This document shows positions 28,501 to 35,440 of a stretch of 35,440 nt of DNA, one piece after another; the first letter of the stretch is position 1, and every line of letters begins with the position of its first letter. The stretch is from contig JBEBGD010000056.1 in the NCBI GenBank assembly GCA_040081625.1, forward strand, positions 1 to 35,440, in the 5' to 3' direction. The notes under the pieces are model-generated. The model saw only the letters and a list, made by a program, of their open reading frames with translations. It was not told the origin of the DNA and did not search any database. The stretch is from Chthoniobacteraceae bacterium (lineage in GTDB: Bacteria; Verrucomicrobiota; Verrucomicrobiia; Chthoniobacterales; Chthoniobacteraceae). The position numbers and the translations under genes were made by a program.

Positions 28501-31500
28501 CGATGTGAATGTGCTCGGCCACGACATCGGGGTGCGCTCCGGCAAGGTGTATGGCTACACGGAGATGGGCGGCGTTTTCGCCGGCCTCGGCGGCCGCGGC
28601 GTCGTGGAGGGGAAGGCGGGCAACGTGGTGGGTCTGTCGGCGGATTCGATCGCGGCGATCGTAGCGGGCAAAGGCGACGTGCCGGGGCTGGTCGAGAAGA
28701 TCAGCGACGTCACGCTCAATGGCGGCAACCAATTGCTCTTCCGCAATAACTCGTTCGCGCCGCACTCGGATTTCCAGCTCACCTATGGCGGCCAGACCAC
28801 GCCCTCGATCCCCGGGAACGCCACATCGCAGCAGATCGCCGCTGCGCTCAATCTGCTGCCGGGCATCGCGGACGCGGGCGGCATCACCGTGCTCACGTTC
28901 ACTTCCGATGGCGGCTACGTGCTGCAGTTCGGCTCCGCGCAGGTCGCGAATACCGACGCGAGCCTGACGGCGGCGGAGCTGGAGATCGCGCTCGAGGCGT
29001 TGCCGACGGTGCTCTCCAAGGGCGGCGTGACGACCTCCGATCAGCTCGACGGCATCCACGTCCAGTTCAATGGCGGCGGAATCGACGCGGTCCTGCCCGT
29101 CAATGCCACGCCCGCGCAGCTCGCTGCCGCGCTCAATTCCACGGGTCTCAGCGCCTTCGGCAGCTTCAAGGTGACGCAGAGTTCGCCGGCCGGAATCCCG
29201 GGCGATTTCGTGATCACCTTCCAGACGATCGGCTTCGGCGACCAGCAGCAGATCACCGGCGTGGAAAATGTGCCGGTCAAAGTCCTCCAGACGCTCCAGG
29301 GCGCGATCGGGCTGCTCTCGACGAGCGAGACTCTCACCGGGGAATTCGGCCTGCCGGTGACCGAGACGCGCTCGGGCAGCGACCCGCTGATCATCCAGGA
29401 GACGGTGCGAGGCGAGTTCAACTTCGTCGCGGGCGAACTCACGATGGGAGACCCTTCGATGACGCCGCCGGTGGCCGAAGTGCAGCAATACTCGCTCGTG
29501 CCGCTGAACACCTTCCCGACTGCGCGCTATACGCTCAACTTCAACGGCGAGGAGACCGGCTTCCTCACCTCAGCCGGCACCGACTTGACGCTGGCCGCGC
29601 AGGCCGATGCGGCGCTCGAGAGCCTGAGCACGATCCAGGCATTGAACGGACCGGGCGGCAACAAGGTGCAGGTGACCGTCTCGACCACGGCCGGGCGCAC
29701 TTTCAATGTCGCCTTCAGCGCGCTCGATGGCGACGTGAACCCCATCACCGGTCGCTTCCTCGTGCCCGAGACGCAGCGGGTGAACCTCGGAGCGCTCTCG
29801 ACCATCCCGGGCGCGACCTTCATGCTCGGCTTCGGTGCCGACACCACCGGGAATCTCTCCGCGACGCCGACGATCGCGGAAATCGACGCGGCGCTCGAGG
29901 CGCTGCCGGCAATCCAGGCGCTGGCCGGGCCTTTCGCCGACAAGGTCTCCGTGCTCGCGCTGAGCCCGAACACATTCGACATCACCTTCAACAGCAATGG
30001 CGACAAGGCCTCGCTGACCGGCGCCACCAGCGTGCCGGAAATCCAGACCCTCGATCTGGCGGCCATCCTCGCCGTGCCGGGCGCCACATTCCGCGTGAAC
30101 TTCGATGGGCAGACCACGTTCACGAACGAGACGACGCCCGAGATCGCAGCCGGCGCGACCGATGCGGACACCGCACTCGCGATCCAGGTGGCGATGAACA
30201 ACCTCGACTCGGTCAAGGCCACGGCGCCCGGCAACACCGGCTCCGTCATGGTCTCGGCGCAGGCCGGGCAGAAATTCCTCGTCACCTTCTCGGCCACCGG
30301 CGAGCAGAACGCGATCGTGGTGACGGGATTCACCGACGAGGTGCAGAACCTCGACCTCAACTCGATCATCCCGATCCCGACCAGCGAGTTCACGCTGAGC
30401 GTCAAGACCAACGTGCCCGTCGATGAGACCCGGCAGTATGTGGTGAGCAACTCGTTCACCGCGGCAGTGGACACCGACCCGCTCACGGCGCCGCGCGACG
30501 GCCAGCTCACCGACCCCGAGGCGGCGCCCGTCTCCGGCCAATGGTTCACGAACCTGACGCCGGGCAGCACCGCAACCCGGGAGCGGCTCCTGGTGGATCG
30601 CACCTTCTTCTTCGCACCAAATCCGGTTGTGCCGAATGGGCAGATCCAGTTCATCTTCGGCGCGAGCCAGGTCACCGTGCTGGCGACGGCCACCGACGCG
30701 CAGATCGACGCCGCGATCGAATCGATGCCGTCGATCCAGGCGCTCACCGTCGGCGCCGTGAACAACCGGGTGAATATCAACCACACCGGCGCGCTGGCGC
30801 CGCAGTTCAATGTCGAGTTCAACGGCAATGCCGACATCAATCCGAACCTCCGGGCCATCGCACTCGTGCAGGAGGTGCAGCAGATCGACACGACCAATCC
30901 CCTGGCGGCCAGCAACACCGTGCTGAGCTTCCAGGGCCTCGACACCATCGTGCTCCCGACCGTGCCGACGGCCGCCGAAGTGCAGACCGCCCTGAACGCC
31001 CTCGCCTCGATCGCAGCCATCGGCGGCGTGACCGTGGCCAATGCCGGCGGCAACCTGCTGAACATCACCTTCACGACTCCGGGCGATGTGCCGACCTTGG
31101 TCACCGGCACGCACGAGGTGCTCGAACGCCAGACGCTCGATCTCACGCGCCTCCTCGGCACCGGCGCGACGTTCACGCTCGGCGTTGGCGGCGCTTTGAC
31201 TGCACCGCTCGCGGAGAACTCCACGGCCGCGCAGATCCAGGCCGCGCTCGACCCGCTGGTCGATGACGGCTCGGCGTTGAACGGCAACAGCGACGTCGTC
31301 GTCACGCAGCTCGCCGCGCCCGGCCAGTTCGAGATCAGCTTCACCACGCTCCGCGGCAATCTGCCCGAAGTCATCGCCCAAGCCACGCTCGGCACCGGCA
31401 CGACGACGCGCCTGCCCGGCACTTCGACCGCCACCGACATCGAGGCCGCGCTCGATCTCGTCACCGTCGGCGGCGTCACCGTCACCGCACCGGGCATCGT

Positions 31501-32257
31501 GGCCGGCCTGCCGGTCGCGGGCACCTTCGGCATCAGCTTCAACGACAACGGCGACCAACCGGCGATCGTGGTCAACACCTACGTCCACGAAATCCAGACC
31601 GTGGACGTGTATGACGTCGGCCAGTTCTTCCTGCGCTTCGGCAACCTGCCGACCGCACTGCTCGACCCGCCGCTCGTCGTGAAGGATCCCTTCGCCATCA
31701 CTCCCGCCGAGCTGTTGGATCTCGACGCGAAGGCACTGGCAGTCGAGAACGCACTCAACGGGCTCGTCTCCATCGCCGCCACCGGGGGAGTCGATGTCGT
31801 CCCGACCAAGCGCGTCGCGCTGATCAACGGTGTGCCCACCGACGTGTATGAAAACACGAGCTTCGACGTCATCTTCCGCGGCGACGGCGACCAGAATTCC
31901 CTCGCCGGCGAGCACCCGGAGACGATGCCGACGGCGACGATCCGCCCGGGCAGCCCGACGGTATCCGAGCAGCAGACGATCCGCTATTTCGCGAAGAACG
32001 AATTCGACCCGACCGCCTACGCCTCAGCCAACCTCGTGGGTGCCATCTCGGACATCAACGAACACGACGCCAACGTGTTTCGCTTCGTGAACCTCGACGG
32101 CAGCATCGATGGCTTCGGACGGCCAACCTTCACCCTCGGGGACCGTCCGCTCGACGGCATCCTGATGGCAAAGATCTTCGACCAGGCCACGGTCAACTTC
32201 ACACCCGAAGCGCGCCTGACGGCGAGCGGCTTCTTCGATAACGACAACCGCCTCTAA
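25565..32257 (+). CDS. Giant glycine-rich extracellular/surface protein (~2230 aa) with LEPR-XLL/Planc_extracel-like N-terminal motif
   Basis: EPLEGRISPA near the N-terminus, about 20 AGxGG..GGxGG repeats and about 11 (some partial) 60-110 aa EVQ..F.L.F.G..T...I.AALE.L repeats. ATG at 25565 is preferred to the track's TTG at 25526. Confidence 0.85.
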   Translation: MKPLSCPAPVHSAEPLEGRISPAVMHIGAVGTLENSTDSEYHEEITVGSRPDAFDDLNFVDTATSLDAISLAVNPGQVAKAFYVRLNAGDSIQRLTVVNNYQDLIVVKSGSAIAYFTDINGDNEYEEGEFTGVSLSANALVDINGTVYGDIVTNLDTKGTKIVSDDTVDMAGLVGSKQGIRSLFIGGGTVQGSILSGGDINGLTVINSVENVYAGAAAHGKAFSFFSGVNAGNGMVIFQPDAGVKGASITNVQIGALNSTVGNVAVPGELIAGAGGAGANGGSLTNIRITGDSDGFRLVAGDGGDADPASGKFNGGAGGKLSTIYVAGVADSTTPNSEVLIKAGAGGDGATTGRGGAGGTASKVQVGFEINGGRLVPSDTLLDDNVRIEAGAGGSGQFGGAGGKASAIKVRLNTRDQIGGDVEIAVLGGIGGDAVSAVGRAGVGGSVDNAEVLNQINVNDTDILIQAGKAGTVNAAGGNALGAAGGSVSNVKLLGSEFQVIAGDGSDGKTGGNGGSVKRVMVLDDNDIIAQSILIYAGHGGDATGGSAGSGGVIDNFQVVRADLAAMLVNPGNGGNGGNSIGGKAGRGGGITTLIVKDIDFGLNRSGFFTARAGLGGDGEKAGGAGGVIKNFDLAAVDLSAFVNAGAGGDALVAGRGGAGGGLQGAQIVTSGSVGGANVSGSLSAGAGGDASGVGKAGGKGGDVSSSKLVIDGDPTFPLVGDGMIVAGAGGGGSVGTGAAGSGGSISRSGIFVAEGSASLIAGDAGSTGGRPGTGGSITGTAGALIGLRGNVNLTAQAGDGSFGGAGGSITNLNYGNANVFDVDSDGDPVTPTPAGTINIIAGNGSQGPSKAGRGGSISNVNGSASSGLNQSVLFLAGDGGGDVRTGAAPAFVYTGSGKAATGGSISNLTLSRGGALGGLITFEAGDGGHSGAASNGAAGGHIDGVGVTDIALEATLRSFAAGDGGDAVRRGGIGGSVLDVNVLGHDIGVRSGKVYGYTEMGGVFAGLGGRGVVEGKAGNVVGLSADSIAAIVAGKGDVPGLVEKISDVTLNGGNQLLFRNNSFAPHSDFQLTYGGQTTPSIPGNATSQQIAAALNLLPGIADAGGITVLTFTSDGGYVLQFGSAQVANTDASLTAAELEIALEALPTVLSKGGVTTSDQLDGIHVQFNGGGIDAVLPVNATPAQLAAALNSTGLSAFGSFKVTQSSPAGIPGDFVITFQTIGFGDQQQITGVENVPVKVLQTLQGAIGLLSTSETLTGEFGLPVTETRSGSDPLIIQETVRGEFNFVAGELTMGDPSMTPPVAEVQQYSLVPLNTFPTARYTLNFNGEETGFLTSAGTDLTLAAQADAALESLSTIQALNGPGGNKVQVTVSTTAGRTFNVAFSALDGDVNPITGRFLVPETQRVNLGALSTIPGATFMLGFGADTTGNLSATPTIAEIDAALEALPAIQALAGPFADKVSVLALSPNTFDITFNSNGDKASLTGATSVPEIQTLDLAAILAVPGATFRVNFDGQTTFTNETTPEIAAGATDADTALAIQVAMNNLDSVKATAPGNTGSVMVSAQAGQKFLVTFSATGEQNAIVVTGFTDEVQNLDLNSIIPIPTSEFTLSVKTNVPVDETRQYVVSNSFTAAVDTDPLTAPRDGQLTDPEAAPVSGQWFTNLTPGSTATRERLLVDRTFFFAPNPVVPNGQIQFIFGASQVTVLATATDAQIDAAIESMPSIQALTVGAVNNRVNINHTGALAPQFNVEFNGNADINPNLRAIALVQEVQQIDTTNPLAASNTVLSFQGLDTIVLPTVPTAAEVQTALNALASIAAIGGVTVANAGGNLLNITFTTPGDVPTLVTGTHEVLERQTLDLTRLLGTGATFTLGVGGALTAPLAENSTAAQIQAALDPLVDDGSALNGNSDVVVTQLAAPGQFEISFTTLRGNLPEVIAQATLGTGTTTRLPGTSTATDIEAALDLVTVGGVTVTAPGIVAGLPVAGTFGISFNDNGDQPAIVVNTYVHEIQTVDVYDVGQFFLRFGNLPTALLDPPLVVKDPFAITPAELLDLDAKALAVENALNGLVSIAATGGVDVVPTKRVALINGVPTDVYENTSFDVIFRGDGDQNSLAGEHPETMPTATIRPGSPTVSEQQTIRYFAKNEFDPTAYASANLVGAISDINEHDANVFRFVNLDGSIDGFGRPTFTLGDRPLDGILMAKIFDQATVNFTPEARLTASGFFDNDNRL

Positions 32258-32281
32258 CCCCCCTTCACCATTCAAGTCATC

Positions 32282-35200
32282 ATGTCAGCCAAGTCCATGA
32301 GCTTCACCTCCATCGAACCGCTTGAGGCGCGAATCGCGCCGGCCGCATTCATTCCGCCGACCATCATCGCGGCAGAGAACGACCCCACCGGCAGCCATAT
32401 CAAGACCGTCACCGTAAACACGCCGATCCTGCTCAAAGCGGGCGACCTGCTCACGACCGGCGGCGTCGCCAGGAGCGGCAGCTATCTGCTCTTCGTCGAG
32501 AAAGGCCAGGCCCTGGTCTTCACCACCGATCTGAACAACAACGGCGCCATCGATTTCAACGAAATCACCGGCATCTCCGCGGGGGATGGACTGCGACTGG
32601 TCAGCTTCGTGGATATCCACGGAGACATCGTCACCAACCTGCGCGGCAACGGAACGCTGAGCGACTCGGACAACGACAGCAGCAACGACGACCCCGGCCT
32701 CAAGGGCGGCGGGCGCGTCCTGCTCGACAGCCGCATCGAGAAGATCGAACTGCGCTCGCTGCGCCTGACCGACCTGACCGACCAGAACAATGACCGCATC
32801 GTGGACGCTGCCGACATAGGACGCCGCATCGTGCTCACGAGCTATTCGGTGTTTGGCCAGATCATCGCCGGCGGGGGCTTCGGGGTGAAAGGCGACGCCA
32901 GCAGTGGCTTGATCATCGACGACTCCGGCAAGCTCATCCAGCAGCAGTTCTTCATCGGACCGGTGCCCGGCTCGCCCTTCGGCCCGGACTACTACGACCC
33001 GGCCGTCACCCCGATCAAGGCGCAGATCGAGGGCATCATCGTCGGCTCGGCGGGCTCCGGCGAATACTTCAGCTTCGGCATCTCGCGCAACGGCTCGAAC
33101 GACCCGTTCGGCACGGGCGACTCCACCGGCCGCAACCTGCTCGCCAACGGCAACGACGTGCAAGGCTATATTAGCGCATTCAAGGCGGCGTCCGGCGCCA
33201 CCGGCGCGGGCATCTTCAATGTCCGTGGCGCCACAAACACGATCACCTTCAACATCGGCCGGCTCGCGTCCGGCGATGGGGGACTGCGGGCCTCGGGAGG
33301 CAACATCGAGAACGTCATCCTCAACGGGGACGATGCCGGCGGCTATGTCGTTCGCGCCGGCAGTGGCGGCGGCGGGTCGATCGGTGGCAATGGCGGATCG
33401 ATCCTCGATTTCCAGGATCTCGGCTCGAACACCGGGCAGATTATTTTCCAGGGCGGCAGTGGCGGCACCGGCTCCACAGGCGCTGGTGGAAACGGGGGCG
33501 CGGTCACCTTCGGCACCATGAATATCCTCGGCAGCGTGCTGGTGCAGGAAGGCGACGGCGGCAACGGATTCACCTCCGGCGGCAATGGCGCCAGCCTCTC
33601 GAAGGCATTCATCACCTCACCCGATCGGCTTGCCGATTACGTCCGCAATATCGTCGGCACCACCCACGACACGCCCCACGACCCGGCCACCGGCAAGCGC
33701 GATCTTAATAACATCACGATCCCCGGCCTCAGTCCGCTCACCCCGGGGATCATCGGCCAGGGCAATCCCGTCGATTTCGACGGCGACGGCATCGGCGACA
33801 TCGTCTTCACGAGCAGTGATCCCTCGCAGTTGGTCGTGCAATTCGGCGACGGCAACGGTGGCTTCCGCCTGGACCCGGTCTCCGGCAATGCCGACCGCAT
33901 CTACCTCAATGGCCCGCTCGATGCCGAGGCGCTGACCGTCGGCGACTTCGACGGCGACGGCCATCTCGACATCGCCACCGCTTCGACCCGCGGCGGTGCC
34001 TATGCCGGAATCTATGTCTTCATCTCCAAGTATGAAGATACCAATCGCGACGGGTTCCTGACCAAGACCGAGGACCTCAATGGCAATGGCCGGGACGATC
34101 TGCTCGGCTTTTTCAGCCCCCGCTTCAGCCCGTTGCCGAATATCAACGACGCCGCAGTCGCAGTCGGCGGCGCCCGCTCCGGCCATGCCATCGCCGATCT
34201 CGATGTGGGCGACTTCAACGGCGACGGCTTCACGGACATCGCGGTCCTGGCCACCTATTACTCGGAGATTCTGCTCCAGCCCTTCCAGATTCTCTTCTTC
34301 ATGACGCCGGACATCGAGGACGGCAAGCCGACCGGCCAGTTCTTCGCCGACTACGGCACCAAGGCGCAAGCGGTGCCGGCGCAAAGCGCCAACCCCCTCC
34401 TGCCGCTGCGGATCATCGCCGGCAATACCACCGTCGCCAACATCGAGACCACCGCCCTCAGCGTGTTCTCCAGTTACGACGTGGTGATCGCCCACGGGAT
34501 CGGCTCCAGGACGCTTCAGGTCGTCGATAATTCGGTTCCGCGATTCTTCGGGCCCAGCACAAGCATCATCACGCTCGGCCAGGTGGATACCGACCGCGAT
34601 CTCCCGGCCGGCGGCAACGTTCACATCTCGCTGGCAAATGTCACCGCGGGCGACATCGCGATCCACGACTTCGACAATGATGGGCTCGCGGATTATTCCG
34701 CCATCTCCAACAGCCCGGCAGGATATCTCGTCACCCTCCAGGGCGACGGTCTCGGCGGCGCACGGCGCATCGACGGACGCTATCCCTCCGATGGCAGGAC
34801 TGGTGGGAGTCAGAACCTCGGCTTCTTCTTCGGGCCTCCGGGAGCGGGGAACGTCGGCGGGCTCGACCTCACCACCGTCCTGCTCGGCATCCGTGATGTC
34901 GATGCGGACGGAGACGGCCTCAAGGACGACGTGGCGATCCTCTTCAACACCACCGGCCCGAACCCCTTCACCGGCGTCGTCGAGATGGATATCGGCTTCC
35001 CGCCGCTCCCCGGCGGACTCGTTCCTCCGCTGCCGGCGCAGCCGCTGCCGGTCATCGGCGTGGACGACAATCCCGGCGCCGACCGCATCACCCAGTATGC
35101 GATCAGCAATGGCGTCGAGCCGAGCGTCGTGGCCTTCGACGTCTATCACCCGCTGCCGGGCGCCTTCGGTGTTCCCGATACGACGATCGTCAACTTCGCT

Positions 35201-35440
35201 GTCGGCGATCGCGAACTGATCAATGCAGGTTCAAACTTCATCATCGGCATCGGCGATGTCGGATTTGGGTTCACACCCACCTCCGAGCACTATCTGCGCT
35301 TTGAAGCCGGCGACGGCGGCACCGGCCTCCTCGGACGCGGCGGCAATGGCGGCAACCTCGGCAGCGGACGGATCGACCGGACGACCCTCGTCGGGTCGCT
35401 CGACATCCACACCACGCTTGGCGGCGTTCAATTCGTCGGC
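32282..35440 (+). CDS. Second giant paralogue (>1053 aa, 3'-truncated) with Gly-rich repeats and FG-GAP/VCBS repeats
   Basis: Manual translation: MSAKSMSFTSIEPLEARIAPAAF...GDIVTNL...DFDGDGIGDIV, GDFDGDGHLDIA, GDFNGDGFTDIAV, DFDNDGLAD. The frame stays open to the window end, which explains its absence from the ORF track. Confidence 0.88.
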   Translation, partial: MSAKSMSFTSIEPLEARIAPAAFIPPTIIAAENDPTGSHIKTVTVNTPILLKAGDLLTTGGVARSGSYLLFVEKGQALVFTTDLNNNGAIDFNEITGISAGDGLRLVSFVDIHGDIVTNLRGNGTLSDSDNDSSNDDPGLKGGGRVLLDSRIEKIELRSLRLTDLTDQNNDRIVDAADIGRRIVLTSYSVFGQIIAGGGFGVKGDASSGLIIDDSGKLIQQQFFIGPVPGSPFGPDYYDPAVTPIKAQIEGIIVGSAGSGEYFSFGISRNGSNDPFGTGDSTGRNLLANGNDVQGYISAFKAASGATGAGIFNVRGATNTITFNIGRLASGDGGLRASGGNIENVILNGDDAGGYVVRAGSGGGGSIGGNGGSILDFQDLGSNTGQIIFQGGSGGTGSTGAGGNGGAVTFGTMNILGSVLVQEGDGGNGFTSGGNGASLSKAFITSPDRLADYVRNIVGTTHDTPHDPATGKRDLNNITIPGLSPLTPGIIGQGNPVDFDGDGIGDIVFTSSDPSQLVVQFGDGNGGFRLDPVSGNADRIYLNGPLDAEALTVGDFDGDGHLDIATASTRGGAYAGIYVFISKYEDTNRDGFLTKTEDLNGNGRDDLLGFFSPRFSPLPNINDAAVAVGGARSGHAIADLDVGDFNGDGFTDIAVLATYYSEILLQPFQILFFMTPDIEDGKPTGQFFADYGTKAQAVPAQSANPLLPLRIIAGNTTVANIETTALSVFSSYDVVIAHGIGSRTLQVVDNSVPRFFGPSTSIITLGQVDTDRDLPAGGNVHISLANVTAGDIAIHDFDNDGLADYSAISNSPAGYLVTLQGDGLGGARRIDGRYPSDGRTGGSQNLGFFFGPPGAGNVGGLDLTTVLLGIRDVDADGDGLKDDVAILFNTTGPNPFTGVVEMDIGFPPLPGGLVPPLPAQPLPVIGVDDNPGADRITQYAISNGVEPSVVAFDVYHPLPGAFGVPDTTIVNFAVGDRELINAGSNFIIGIGDVGFGFTPTSEHYLRFEAGDGGTGLLGRGGNGGNLGSGRIDRTTLVGSLDIHTTLGGVQFVG

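Noticed and set aside
26372..28680. RTX toxin or mycobacterial PE_PGRS assignment
   Set aside because: No GGxGxDxL nonapeptides and no PE domain; only the glycine pattern is similar.
25538..29488. 1316-aa minus-strand ORF, and others at 29527-31578, 29570-31915, 32285-33163 and 33617-35149
   Set aside because: Antisense shadows of the giant + strand genes caused by high-GC codon bias; R/A-rich or low-complexity with no motifs.

Overview
High-GC bacterial chromosomal segment. DUF1549/DUF1553 and DUF1501 genes, a sulfatase, an FGE-family gene, leaders without a Shine-Dalgarno sequence and 'EPLExRIxPA' giant proteins suggest the PVC superphylum, probably Verrucomicrobiota (inference). The first 25 kb holds housekeeping and PVC-typical genes: circularly permuted ATP-grasp plus alpha-E, VOC, a PUR-repeat nucleic-acid-binding protein, acs, an infA-yqjD/yqjE/yqjK-like-Rsm22 run, a methyltransferase, SASA esterase plus sulfatase, tadA, rplS-rnhB-yraN, a Tat oxidoreductase, a PA0069-type radical SAM, a thioredoxin-like protein, purU, FGE, DUF1549/1553, DUF1501, a PL10-like lyase and recO. 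The last 10 kb is the best candidate for an undescribed system: a DUF3467 gene followed by two tandem paralogous giant proteins (about 2230 aa and over 1053 aa, the second running off the window and missing from the ORF track). They share a non-Sec N-terminal motif, an N-terminal domain and a glycine-rich repeat scaffold, with different cargo modules inserted. Other candidates are structured RNA elements on both sides of the PUR gene and an inverted heptamer-repeat element between divergent genes. No rRNA, tRNA, CRISPR array or mobile element was seen. All calls come from motif recognition by eye; no searches were run.
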